Positions 24,213-37,664 of a stretch of DNA of 64,000 nt are shown here, piece by piece. Made by a program: the position numbers and the translations under genes. Position 1 is the stretch's first letter. Each line of letters opens with the position of its first letter. Below the pieces are notes generated by a model. The model saw only the letters and a program-made list of their open reading frames with translations, had not been told where the DNA came from and searched no databases. The DNA comes from Macrostomum lignano (taxonomy: Eukaryota): assembly GCA_002269645.1 (NCBI GenBank), contig NIVC01000175.1, positions 682,001 to 746,000 of the forward strand. Reading direction: 5' to 3'.

Positions 24213-27200
24213 ATGGAAACTGAAGACGCTAACGACGATAGCATGCACCAGACAACGGCGGAGACGCAGCGAATGACATTCATCCTGACCGGTTGCACCG
24301 GCACAGCCGTCTGCTGCTTTGGCATTGTTGCAAATCTGCTTTCGCTAGCTGTGCTGACTAAGAAATGCATGCGAAGCAGCAACACGAATCTGTACTTGTG
24401 CGCTCTGGCTGTGGCGGACACGATGGTTCTGCTCATGTCCACTCTGGTGTTTCTAAAAAATACTCGAACAGATTTTGATTCGCCAGAATTTCTAGTCTGG
24501 AGCGACTTCCCAGCAATGCCCTACATCTACATGTACTCGCATGCCATGAACCTGCTGTTCCAGGCGAGTGATGCTGCTGTTAGATCTGTTAGATCGAGTT
24601 AGCCCATGTGTTTGCCGTTGGACTGAGGTCTCTGTTCTCACCTGATGTAGACTGTTCTCACCTCCTACAGACACTGTTCTCCTCTGTTTACAGACACTGT
24701 CCTCCTCTGTTTACAGACACTGTCCTCCTCTGTTTACAGACATTATCCTCACCTGTTTACAGACATTATCCTCACCTGTTTACAGACATTATCCTCACCT
24801 GTTTACAGACATTATCCTTATACCTGTTTACAGACATTATCCTTACCTGTTTACAGACATTATCCTTACCTGTTTACAGACATTATCCTTACCTGTTTAC
24901 AGACATTATCCTTACCTGTTTACAGACATTATCCTTACCTGTTTACAGACATTATCCTCACCTGTTTACAGACATTATCCTTACCTGTTTACAGACATTA
25001 TCCTTACCTGTTTACAGACATTATCCTCTCATCTGTTTTAAACAGAAAAATCCTCACCTGTTTACAGAAATTATTTTCACCTGTTTACGGACATTGTTCT
25101 CACCTGTTTACAGACATTATCCTTACCTGTTTACAGACATTATCCTCACCTGTTTACAGACATTTATCCTCCTCTGTTTACAGACACTGTCCTCCTCTGT
25201 TTACAGACATTATCCTCACCTGTTTACAGACATTATTCTCACCTGTTTACAGACATTATTCTTACCTGTTTACAGACATTATCCTTACCTGTTTACAGAC
25301 ATTATCCTCTCATCTGTTTTAAACAGAAAAATCCTCACCTGTTTACAGACATTATTTTCACCTGTTTACGGACATTGTTCTCACCTGTTTACAGACATTA
25401 TCCTCACCTGTTTACAGACATTTATCCTCCTCTGTTTACAGACACTGTCCTCCTCTGTTTACAGACATTATCCTCACCTGTTTACAGACATTATTCTCAC
25501 CTGTTTACAGACATTATTCTTACCTGTTTACAGACATTATCCTCACCTGTTTACAGACATTATCCTCACCTGTTTACAGACATTATCCTCACCTGTTTAC
25601 AGACATTATCCTTACCTGTTTACAGACATTATCCTTACCTGTTTACAGACATTATCCTCACCTGTTTACAGACATTATCCTTACCTGTTTACAGACATTA
25701 TCCTCACCTGTTTACAGACATTATCCTTACCTGTTTACAGACATTATCCTTACCTGTTTACAGACATTATCCTCACCTGTTTACAGACATTATCCTCACC
25801 TGTTTACAGACACTATCCTTACCTGTTTACAGACATTATCCTCACCTGTTTACAGACATTATCCTCACCTGTTTACAGACATTATCCTCACCTGTTTACA
25901 GACATTATCCTCTCATCTGTTTACAGACATTATTCTTACCTGTTTACAGACATTATTCTTACCTGTTTACAGACATTATCTTTACCTATCCTTACCTGTT
26001 TACAAACATAATCCTCACCTGTTTACAGACATTATTTTCACCTGTTTACAGACAGTATCTTCACCTGTTTACAGGCATTACAAAGTTAATTCTTAAAGGT
26101 AATCCTTCTTGAGCAGTTGAGTCACTTGAGTAGTTAAAATCAAGGCAAGTCATCAAGCACAAGAATCCTTTTGAAGTTGAGAAGAAACTTTCAAATTGCT
26201 TCCCAAGCCTAACTACCTTTTTTACTAGTCAATTTCCACTTGCTTCTGTGAGCCCCGATGCAGAAACTGTTTGAGCGAAGCCTTATATGGTCGAAAAGCT
26301 TTCAGATAATTAAGAAGCTCCGTTTACAGGTATAGAGTGAAGCTTGCCAACTACAGCAAGCCCAAAATCACTTATCATGTAGAGTCTGCTTGGCAGGAGT
26401 CGGAGCTGCACTTTTATTGCCTATTTGCCGTCACGTGATTTGCCTGCTGGCTGAAAGTTACCCGCGCTGAGCAGCTAGAGCCGCCCCCGTCTCCCCCGTC
26501 TCTGCTCCCGCTGCCCCTATTTCCAACGTGTCATATTCACTTGCTATCTTTTAAAGTATATCTCTGCTGCAGATCCCTGCCTCGCGCCCTCGATTGAACT
26601 CGCCTCTCCTCCGCCTCTCACCCGCACCCTCACCAGCCCTCTTCTCCGCCTCTCACCCGCACCCTCACCAGCCCTCTTCTCCGCCTCTCACCCGCACCCT
26701 CACCAGCCCTCTTCTCCGCCTCTCACCCGCACCCTCACCAGCCCCTCCTCCGCCTCTCACCCGCACCCTCACCAGCCCTCTTCTCCGCCTCTCACCCGCA
26801 CCCTCACAGCCCTCTTCTCCGCCTCTCACCCGCACCCTCACCAGCCCTCTTCTCCGCCTCTCACCCGCACCCTCACCAGCCCCTCCTCCGCCTCTCACCC
26901 GCACCCTCACCAGCCCTCTTCTCCGCCTCTCACCCGCACCCTCACCAGCCCTCTTCTCCGCCTCTCACCCGCACCCTCACCAGCCCCTCCTCCGCCTCTC
27001 ACCCGCACCCTCACCAGCCCTCTTCTCCGCCTCTCACCCGCACCCTCACAGCCCTCTTCTCCGCCTCTCACCCGCACCCTCACCAGCCCTCTTCTCCGCC
27101 TCTCACCCGCACCCTCACCAGCCCTCTTCTCCGCCTCTCACCCGCACCCTCACCAGCCCTCTTCTCCGCCTCTCACCCGCACCCTCACCAGCCCTCTTCT

Positions 27201-30200
27201 CCGCCTCTCACCCGCACCCTCACAGCCCTCTTCTCCGCCTCTCACCCGCACCCTCACCAGCCCTCTTCTCCGCCTCTCACCCGCACCCTCACAGCCCTCT
27301 TCTCCGCCTCTCACCCGCACCCTCACCAGCCCTCTCCTCCGCCTCTCACCCGCACCCTCACCAGCCCTCTTCTCCGCCTCTCACCCACACCCTCACCAGC
27401 CCCTCCTCCGCCTCTCACCCGCACCCTCACCAGCCCTCTTCTCCGCCTCTCACCCGCACCCTCACAGCCCTCTTCTCCGCCTCTCACCCGCACCCTCACC
27501 AGCCCTCTCCTCTGCCTCTCACCCGCACCCTCACCAGCCCTCTTCTCCGCCTCTCACCCGCACCCTCACCAGCCCCTCCTCCGCCTCTCACCCGCACCCT
27601 CACCAGCCCTCTTCTCCGCCTCTCACCCGCACCCTCACAGCCTTCTTCTCCGCCTCTCACCCGCACCCTCACCAGCCCTCTTCTCCGCCTCTCACCCGCA
27701 CCCTCACAGCCCTCTTCTCCGCCTCTCACCCGCACCCTCACCAGCCCTCTTCTCCGCCTCTCACCCGCACCCTCACCAGCCCCTCCTCCGCCTCTCACCC
27801 GCACCCTCACCAGCCCTCTTCTCCGCCTCTCACCCGCACCCTCACCAGCCCTCTTCTCCGCCTCTCACCCGCACCCTCACCAGCCCTCTTCTCCGCCTCT
27901 CACCCGCACCCTCACCAGCCCCTCCTCCGCCTCTCACCCGCACCCTCACCAGCCCTCTTCTCCGCCTCTCATCCGCACCCTCACCAGCCCTCTCCTCCGC
28001 CTATCACCCGCACCCTCACCAGCCCTCTCCTCCGCCTTTTACTCCTCCCTCTCCTCTGCCACTTCATCAATCTCCCTCAACCGCTCTTCCCTCTAACGCA
28101 TGAATCTCAAATATATTCATAAATAAATAATTACGGTAAACATTGAGCAGCAAGAAACAGCTGTTAGTGCCTAGTGACAGGGAAGTTACCGTAATTACTG
28201 AGTCTCGACATTGTGTTAGACAAATTATTTAACATACTCAAATACAATATTCACTCACTGGCTCGCTGTAAAGAGTGATTAAACAGAATACAATGAATTT
28301 TTCAGCAACAGGTGCAGCTCGCTATGCAAATTTTTCCAAGGAAGATTCGTGACCAAGCAAACACCCAGAAAATAACATTGCGACCCAGAGCATCAAGCAG
28401 TCAAAATATTTTGATTTTTTCATAGTTGTATCTATAACTTGCAAATCGACTAACCTTCATAATAACAAAATAATTTTCAAATCTAATTTTTTAAAAATAT
28501 TGGTTTGATTAAAACAAAAATGCTTTTAGCGTTATAATTGTATTAAGCTATATAATATCGATGCCTTATTTTTATAGTTTCCGGATTTTCGCGCGAATTT
28601 AAATTTTTCAACACCCAAGGTTGCGGAATTAAATATTATGCAATCGTTATCTACGAGTACATGGTAAAATTTCGTACAAGTATAACAAGGCTCATAATCT
28701 TTTCACCCTTAAGCAACGGTTGCTTACTGTAAATCCAGGAAGAAGCCAAAATAATCTCCCTTCATCATGCAGAGCTGTGTGAGTCCGTATATCACAAAGA
28801 CAACTCAACAAAAAAGGAGGGAGGGGGGCTGAGAGACTAACAAGATGACAGAGACTCAAAGGAAAATGAATAGTTTTGTTTGAAAAGTTGCGAGCCGCAC
28901 ACTGACTAAGATGGGGAGCAGGAATCTTTGACGAGTTAGCCTTTTTTCCTTTGGAGCAGCTGCGCGTGTTCCCCAGTAATTACAGGATTCAACCAGGTAA
29001 GCCGACAAGGCAATGACTACCTGTACCGTGTTTGAGCAGCTTCTCAAGTAGAAAACTTTTAAATTAGGTCTCGTTAGAATTGTCAGGCGGGACAACAAAA
29101 AAAGCACGCAGCTGTCGATTTATTTTGGGAGCTTCTCAAATTCATATCGTTCTTTTGTTTTCTCGACAAACCGTAGCCCGGCTGACTTGTTGTAGCCAGA
29201 CTAATTAGGGATGCTTCTGGATTCGGTCTGAACCGATTGCTTTATTCTCGAGATTCTTTAGGAATTCAGCACTAGGCTGATTAGTGGACGAAGGCTGCAA
29301 CTTTGTGTGTCTAAAGATGAATAAAAACATTGATTAGTAAGAATTGCTACCAAGGTTGTTGAAGTATAAATAAGAATTGGTGTTTTTAGATTCTCTCACC
29401 TGATAGATAAAGACTCCTACCTGATAGATAAGGACTCTTACCTGATAGATAAGGTCTCGCACTTGATAGATAAGGACTCTTACCTGATAGATAAGGACTC
29501 TTACCTGATAGATAAGGACTCTTACCTGATAGATAAGGACTCTTACCTGATAGATAAGGACTCTTACCTGATAGATAAGGACTCTTACCTGATAGATAAA
29601 GACTCTTACCTGATAGATAAGGACTCTTACCTGATAGATAAGGACTCTTACCTGATAGATAAAGACTCTTACCTGATAGATAAGGACTCTTACCTGATAG
29701 ATAAGGACTCTTACCTGATAGATAAGGACTCGCACCTGATAGATAAGGACTCGCACCTGATAGATAAGGACTCGCACCTGATAGATAAGGACTCGCACTT
29801 AATATTGATAGATAAGGACTCTCAGCTGATAGATAAGGATTCCCACTTGATAGATAATGATTGTCACCTGTTATAGATAAATAGATTTAAGTATCAGCAC
29901 CTGACTGATAAAGATTCTCAATTGGGAAATATGGGTAAAATTATTGCCTATTAAACAAAAACCCAAGCCATCTGATAAACAATAACTGAAGCTGAGGCCA
30001 AGAATAAAACAACAGACCCTATATTCGAACACCTTTGTCAGGTGGCATCTGTGTGGCTAACCGTGGCCTTCACAGCCGACCGCTACCTCATGATCTGCCA
30101 TCCATTTCTTGCCGAGCGTCTCTGCAGTCGTCGTCTTGTTGGCCAGGTGGTAATTAGCATATTCGTCTGCTCAACTCTCTACACCCTGCCTCGGCTATTT

Positions 30201-32354
30201 GAGCACGAAATTTTCACGCCCAATCTGCCGGAATTTTTGGCCAATCTGAACGACACACAGTTGGATCGCCTGGAGAACCAGCTGGTGCAGCACCAGGCCA
30301 ACGGCCGAGTATTGGCTGCACAGCTGAGACAGGTCTGAGTCTTCTAAGTGCTGATTTCCTGTTGCTAAGTGAGTGGCCTGCTAGGTTGTTAGACTTGGAA
30401 TCAAGCTGTTAGATAAATCAAGCTGTTAGATAAATACTCAAGCTGTTAGATATATACTCAAGCTGTTAGATATATACTCAAGCTGTTAGATAAATACTCA
30501 AGCTGTTAGATATATACTCAAGCTGTTAGATGAATACTCAAGCTGTTAGATAAATACTCAAGCTGTTAGATGAATACTCAAGCTGTTAGATATATACTCA
30601 AGCTGTTAGATAAATACTCAAGCTGTTAGATGAATACTCAAGCTGTTAGATAAATACTCAAGCTGTTAGATGAATACTCAAGCTGTTAGATGAATACTCA
30701 AGCTGTTAGATAAATACTCAAGCTGTTAGATGAATACTCAAGCTGTTAGATAAATACTCAAGCTGTTAGATAAATACTCAAGCTGTTAGATATATACTCA
30801 AGCTGTTAGATAAATACTCAAGCTGTTAGATGAATACTCAAGCTGTTAGATAAATACTCAAGCTGTTAGATGAATACTCAAGCTGTTAGATAAATACTCA
30901 AGCTGTTAGATAAATACTCAAGCTGTTAGATAAATACTCAAGCTGTTAGATGAATACTCAAGCTGTTAGATAAATACTCAAGCTGTTAGATAAATACTCA
31001 AGCTGTTAGATAAATACTCAAGCTGTTAGATGAATACTCAAGCTGTTAGATAAATACTCAAGCTGTTAGATGAATACTCAAGCTGTTAGATAAATACTCA
31101 AGCTGTTAGATAAATACTCAAGCTGTTAGATAAATACTCAAGCTGTTAGATAAATACTCAAGCTGTTAGATAAATACTCAAGCTGTTAGATAAATACTCA
31201 AGCTGTTAGATATATACTCAAGCTGTTAGATAAATACTCAAACTGTTAGATAAATACTCAAGCTGTTGGATAAATACTCAAGCTGTTGGATAAATACTCA
31301 AGCTGTTAGATGAATACTCAAGCTGTTGGATAAATACTCAAGCTGTTAGATGAATACTCAAGCTGTTAGATAAATACTCAAGCTGTTGGATAAATACTCA
31401 AGCTGTTAGACAAAAACTCAAGCTGTTAGATAACTACTCCAGCGGTTAGACAAGGACTCCAGCTGTTCCCCTACTATTTTCCAGCTGGTGAAAGGCGGCG
31501 AACGAACCTGGTACCACCTGTCGAAATTGGGCGTTACCTCCGAGTACCGGATCTACTACCACCTGGTGGCCTGGCTAATCCTGGTAGTCCTGCTGCCCTT
31601 CATCAGTCTGGCTGTGATGAACGCCTTCCTAGTCCGGGCTGTTCGCCGGGCTCGCCAGCGAAGTCGCCGACTCAGCGGCTCCCTGAGCGTCGCCGGACCG
31701 CCGCAAGCCTCTTCGAGCAACTTCGCTGGAGGAGCAGCTGGCCGACCGGGCGGTCCTCAGGGCCCGGTTGGTCGTCATCAGCGGACGAGAAGCGACACCA
31801 CCGTGATGCTAATCGGCGTCATTGTGCTGTTCTTCGTCTGCCAGATCCCCGCAGCCGTGATGCACGCCCTGTGGAGCACCAGGAAGATCGGGCAGAAGCT
31901 GGTCTTGGCCGACTACGCATTTCAAGACGTGTCGAACCTGTTGGTAGTGCTGAACTCAGCCATCAACATCGTGCCGTATTGCTTGTTTAGCGGCAAATTC
32001 CGTCGCCAGCTACTTGGGACTCTGCTCTGCTGCGCCGGCGCCCACTGCGCCAGGAAAATCGGCGCTTCGCTTGACGGCGCCGACGTGCCGAGGGCAGCCG
32101 TTGCGGCATCTGGTCTGAACCGGCTGGTCCAGTCTAGAACTATGGAGTTGCGCTCTGTGGCCGCTCAGAATAGCAGGCCTGCTGCGGAGGCTTCCATGTT
32201 GAAGCGGACGAGGAAACAGCAGCAGCAACAGCAGCAGCAAGCTGAGCAGAAGCAGAAAAAGAATCGAAATCCTAGAAGGCAATCGACAATGTCGTTTGGC
32301 TATCATTACGGACCGTTTCTAGTCGACGCTGAACTGATGTCCCTGCCAGTGTGA
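24213..32354 (+). CDS. Class A neuropeptide GPCR, FMRFamide-receptor-like, 3 coding exons, 503 aa
   Basis: join(24213..24563,30042..30332,31485..32354); the first intron has a GC donor. Motifs: GIVANLLSLAVLTKKCMRSSNTNLYLCALAVAD, LFQ|VASVWLTVAFTADRYLMICHP, LLPFISLAVMN, TTVMLIGVIVLFFVCQIP, NSAINIVPYCLFSGKFR. ATG is in a GCCATGG context. Confidence 0.9.
24630..26075. repeat. 23-bp minisatellite CCTCACCTGTTTACAGACATTAT, ~63 copies (GPCR2 intron 1)
   Basis: Tandem unit. Confidence 0.96.
26600..28040. repeat. 35-bp C-rich minisatellite CCGCCTCTCACCCGCACCCTCACCAGCCCTCTTCT, ~41 copies
   Basis: Period 35 (26641, 26676...). Confidence 0.96.
29395..29900. repeat. 21-bp minisatellite CCTGATAGATAAGGACTCTTA, ~24 copies
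   Basis: Tandem unit. Confidence 0.95.
30400..31465. repeat. 20-bp minisatellite CAAGCTGTTAGATAAATACT, ~53 copies, filling GPCR2 intron 2
   Basis: Tandem unit. Confidence 0.97.
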
Positions 32355-32439
32355 GGCGAGTGATTCTCACAGAGTGTGACGCGGTTTTGTTTTAGCAGTC
32401 TCTATGTCTTTATGGGTTACGATTTTTGGATTCTGCTTC

Positions 32440-33125
32440 AGCAGCCCCTGCCCCACAGCCCCTACCCCAACTCCTGCCCCAGCACTAGCTCCCTGCCCCA
32501 AATCCCCCTGCCCCCACACTCCCTGCCCCCACACCCCCTGCCCCAACTCCCCTGCCCCACACCCCCTGCCCCAGCACTCTCTGCCCCACACCCCCTGCCC
32601 CAGCACTCTCTGTCCCCACATCCCCTGCCCCAACTCTCCCTGCCCCCACACCCCTGCCCCAAATCCCCCTGCCCCCATACCCCCTGCCCCAACTCCCCCT
32701 GCCCTAACTCCCCTGCCCCAACACCCCCTGCCCCAACTCCCCCTGCCGCCACACCCCCTGCCCCAGCACTCTCTGCCCCAACTCCCCCTGCCCCCACACC
32801 CCATGCCCCATCACTCTCTGCCCCAACTCCCCCTGCCCCTACACCGCCTGTCCCAGCACTCTCTGCCCCCACACCCCCTGCCCCAACTCCCCCTGTCCCA
32901 GCACTCTCTGCCCCCACACCCCCTGCCCCAACTCCCCCTGTCCCAGCACTCTCTGCCCCCACGCCCCTTGCCCCACTGCCCCAACTCCCTTTCCCCCACA
33001 TCCCCTGCCCCAACTCCCCACGCCCCACACCTCCTGCCCCAACACCCCTGCCCGCCACACCCCCTGCCCCAACTCCCCCTGCCCAACAGCCTCTGCCCCA
33101 ACAATCCCACCCACCCGCACCCACC
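32440..33125. repeat. Degenerate C-rich CCCCCTGCCCCAAC array 3' of GPCR2
   Basis: Dense C4-C5 runs; G-quadruplex-prone on the minus strand. Confidence 0.9.
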
Positions 33126-33779
33126 CGTGTTGGTGTCGCTTTGCTAACACTTTGTAACATTACAAATTTGTAAAATTTCACTTTGTAACATTGTAACATT
33201 ACAAAACCCAATTTTTCCCGTGTTATTTTGATCTGATTACTCGTATTAGCTTGTATTTCTTTAAAATAAGTGTCACTAGGCGCGCCAAAATGAATGTCAA
33301 GTAATGGCGTCAAAATTATGATAACAAATTTCAAGTACATTTATTTTCACCTTTTAACCCATTATCATGTGTACATTTGTGTACTTGTAATTTGTTCCTT
33401 GAATATGTAATTATCCGTATAGCTTATTGTTGCGATTCAATTGCTTTTAGGCTACGGAAGCAAAACTGCTTTCCAGTTTTGTCCTGCTAGTGCCGGGTTT
33501 TCAACCTGAGCAGATAAAGGCAGTTCCAAAAAGGTAACATTTGATTTTTTATTCATACTCAGCACTTGCACTGGAATGCAATCAACATCTGTGTATTTCT
33601 GCTTCTGTTCACCCGATTTGCACTGACAAAACCCGCGACGCTTAACTGATCCCCTTTGTACTCTCTGCACTCCCCTCAGCTTTGCTTTTGGCTTTTTGGC
33701 TATTTGGCTTTTGCTTTGCTCTGATTTGCATGCCCCACTCTTCATATCTGCTGTTTTTTGTCCAAATCTCACTTGTACA

Positions 33780-34160
33780 GCTCTCTCATCACTTACCCGC
33801 CACTCTCATCACTCCCTCTCGTCTCTCCTTATCATCTCTTCTCTCATCTCTTCCTACTAACCGTCATCTATCCCTCTCATCTCTCTACTCATCTCTCCTC
33901 TCATCTCTAGTATCATCTCTCTTCTCATCTCTCCCTCTCTCTCTCTCCCTCTCATCTCTCCCTCTCATCTCTCATTTCTCCCTCTCATCATCCCCCCATT
34001 CTCATCACTTGCACTCTCACCACTCGCCACTTCTCTTCATCTCTCCTCGCATCTCTTCCTCTCATCTCTCCATCTAACCACATACACTCACTTCTTCTGC
34101 ATCTCCCATTCATCTCACCCAGCCGTCTCTTTCTCTCTTTCGCCTTCCACTCCCCCTCGC
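33780..34160. repeat. CTCTCATC low-complexity tract
   Basis: Direct reading. Confidence 0.85.
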
Positions 34161-34654
34161 CATCATACCATTCGTGGGCAATATGGCTCACGTGTTTATA
34201 TTTTTTATTGTTTTGCTTGCAAAAACACCGAAGTAATTTTGCACATGGATCAGATAATGTTTATCTTATAATTATTTTGATAACAACTGAGTAACTTGAG
34301 CACCTTATACTGCTTTGAATAAGAATTTTCCTGCACATTCGATATGCATAGCTGTTGTTCAAAATTCGTTATAAAATGTTCTTTTTCTGATTAGTTTTTA
34401 GTTTTTAAGTCCTGTATGATTTTTTGAAACAGAGGAAGACAAATTTTTTGAATAAATTTTTTATTCGTTGATTGATGGATGGAATTTTTGTTTTAATTCA
34501 ATTTTCGCCGGGACATCCGCAAAGCTGATTCTGGCATCTGTATGCACTGGAAAAAACTGTCAAATATTCTTCTAGCTGTCACGGGAATATTTTCATAATA
34601 TCTTATCTACTCCTATGGGAATCATCTATCCTTCTAAGTAATCTTTTCTCAGTT

Positions 34655-35305
34655 CCCACCGATGCCCATCCGCCCCTACTGTCTCCCCATCCGCCCCTAC
34701 TGTCTCCCCATCCGCCCCTACTGTCTCCCCATCCACCCCTACTGTCTCCCCATCCGCCCCTACTGTCTCCCTATCCGCCTCTACTGTCTCGCCATCCGCC
34801 CCTACTGTCACCACATCCGCCCCTACTGTCTCCCCATCCGCCCCTACTGTCCTTCTATCCGCCCTACTGTCACCACATCCGCCCCTTCTGTCTCCCATCC
34901 GCCCCTACTGTCTCCTATCCGCCCCTACTGTCACCACATCCGCCCCTACTGTCTCCTAACCCAATCCGCCCTTACTTTCTCCCATCCGCCCCTAGTGTCT
35001 CCATCCGCCCCTACTGTCTCCATCCGCCCCTACTGTCTCCTATCCGCCCCTACTGTCTCCCATCCGCCCTTACTGTCTCCTATCCGCCCCTATTGTCACC
35101 ACATCCGCCCCTACTGTCTCCTATCCGCCCCTACTCATGTCTCCTAACCCAATCCGCCCTTACTGTGTCCTTTCCGCCCCTGCTGTCTCCCATCCGCCCC
35201 TACTGTCTCCCATCCGCCCCTACTGTCTCCTATCCGCCCCTACTCATGTCTCCTAACCCAATCCGCCCTTACTGTCTCCCCATCCGCCCCTCTTGTCTCT
35301 CCATT
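34655..35305. repeat. 21-bp minisatellite CCATCCGCCCCTACTGTCTCC
   Basis: Tandem unit. Confidence 0.92.
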
Positions 35306-35764
35306 CGCCCCCATCTTCCTCGAGCCAACCTACAATCCAGCAGTATTGTGCATACCAATTCAGTAAGCCAGCTATAATGCAATTGATCTGGTATGAATAC
35401 TAGCTAGCATGCTAGCATGCAAGCACTAATGCAGTGTTAACAGCTTCTGGATATTTCGTAATCTGCAGCGCTTGGTAAGTGTCTGAAGCATACATGTAAC
35501 GCATAGCATAATCCTTTCTAATTGGCATGCATGCCAACCCAGTTTGACACAAAACTGCGTGAATATCTTCGCTAATTTAGATTCTCAATTAGCTTGATTC
35601 TCTGCTGCCGCAAATGTGGATTCTGCAATCATAAAAGTACATTCTATAATTCTACTAACGAGTGCATGTCAGTTAATTGTGTCGAGTTACTTTTTTTCAC
35701 TGTTTTCAAGTCTTTCGGGGAAACGGGGCCGACGAGAATTCCTGAAATGATTTCCAAGAATGTC

Positions 35765-37025
35765 AGCGCCGAGTTTTCCTGGAAAGTGGCGCCGATTTGT
35801 CCTGGAATATGGCACCGAGTTTTACTGGAATATGGTGTCGAGTTGTCCTGGAATATGGCGCCGAGTTTTCCTGGAATATGGCGCCGAGTTTTCCTGGAAT
35901 ATGGCGCCGAGTTTTCCTGGAATATGGCGCCAAGTTTTCCTAGAATATGACGCCGATTTTCCTGGAATGTGGCGCTAAGTTTTCCTGGAATATAGCGCCG
36001 AGTTTTCCTGGAATATTGCGCCGAGTTTTCCTTGAATATGGCGTCGAGTTTTCCTGGAATATCGGAGCCTAGTTTTCCTGGAATATGGCGCCGAGTTTTC
36101 CTGGAATGTGGCGCCGAGTTTTCCTGGAATATGGCGCTGAGTTTGCCTGGAATGTGGCGCCGAGTTTTCCTGGAATATGGCGCCGAGTTTTCCTGGAATA
36201 TGGCGCCGAGTTTTCCTGGAATATAGCACCGAGTTTTCCTTGAATATGGCGCCGAGTTGTCCTGGAATATGGCGCCGAGTTTTCCTGGAATATGGCGCCG
36301 AGTTGTCCTGGAATATGGCGTCGAGTTTTCCTGGAATATCGGAGCCTAGTTTTCCTGGAATATGGCGCTGAGTTTGCCTGGAATGTGGCGCCGAGTTTTC
36401 CTGGAATATGGCGCTGAGTTTGCCTGGAATGTGGCGCCGAGTTTTCCTGGAATATGGCGCCGAGTTTTCCTGGAATATGGCGCCGAGTTTTCCTGGAATA
36501 TGGCACCGAGTTTTCCTTGAATATGGCGCCGAGTTGTCCTGGAATATGGCGCCGAGTTGTCCTGGAATATGGCGCCGAGTTGTCCTGGAATATGGCGCCG
36601 AGTTGTCCTGGAATATGGCGCCGAGTTGTCCTGGAATATGGCGTCGAGTTTTCCTGGAATATCGGAGCCTAGTTTTCCTGGAATATGGCGCTGAGTTTGC
36701 CTGGAATGTGGCGCCGAGTTTTCCTGGAATATGGCGCCGAGTTTTCCTGGAATGTGGCGCCGAGTTTTCCTGGAATATGGCGCCGAGTTTTCCTGGAATG
36801 TGGCGCCGAGTTTTCCTGGAATATGGCGCCGAGTTTTCCTGGAATATGGCACCGAGTTTTCCTGGAATATGGCGCCGAGTTGTCCTGGAATATGGCGCCG
36901 AGTTTTCCTGGAATATGGCGCCGAGTTGTCCTGGAATATGGCGCCGAGTTGTCCTGGAATATGGCGTCGAGTTTTCCTGGAATATCGGAGCCTAGTTTTC
37001 CTGTAATATGGCACCGAGTGTTCCT
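35765..37025. repeat. 23-bp minisatellite GGCGCCGAGTTTTCCTGGAATAT, ~55 copies
   Basis: Tandem unit. Confidence 0.96.
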
Positions 37026-37664
37026 TGAATTAGCTATGTCCATAATATATTCAAAACAAAACAGCTGGTAATATTTGTCCAGCCATTAAATCAATCGTTC
37101 AGAATCAGAGTTCCAGACAGATTAAATTGCAGTGACATCAAAAGTCGTCGCATTTATTCCCAATAGCCAATTAAGTACAGATCGCGATTCGCGAATTCGA
37201 CAAAAAAGTTATCCGAGACGCAGGCAGCAACCCAGAAAGATCAAAGGGACCGCCCAATTACAAAGAGGGTAGCGAAAAATGTCTCAAAAGGTTCCACCAG
37301 AGTAGGCTTGGAATTGCGTGCAGCTTCAACTTTATTCTTACTGCTAGCTACGAGCTACATGTAAGTTTTGCGGCGTGTGTACAACAGGCTACAGAGCTCC
37401 TGTCTCAGATACAACCCCCCCCCCAAGGCTATAGAAAACTACTATACAGAGTCAAAAAGCGAATCCTAAATTAAGTACATGTAGCCATGGAGTGGGTTTG
37501 CAGGACTGACTTTTGGATGTTATACAAGGCTGAGTTCTCCATGCTCAAGTTTGCTTTGGCATGGGCCAAAATTTGCCGACCCCCAGTGTAGATGTAGAGA
37601 GGAAATCAGACATCTGATAGCTTTGGGTGGATTTTGTTTTGGTACCACTGTAAATAAAAGTTTA

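Noticed and set aside
24608-28096. 245-500 aa repeat ORFs, plus similar ones at 16908-17508, 29334-29876, 32367-33340, 34626-38564, 40562-41410, 52127-53512 and 56326-57407
   Set aside because: All coincide with minisatellites or low-complexity tracts.
13500-32354. GPCR-PLPP-GPCR as a lysolipid-signalling cluster
   Set aside because: Both receptors look peptide-type, not EDG/LPA-type; adjacency in an animal genome does not imply functional linkage.
33452-33772. 106-aa Lys-rich minus-strand ORF
   Set aside because: No domain, no supporting exon structure, AT-rich and low-complexity context.
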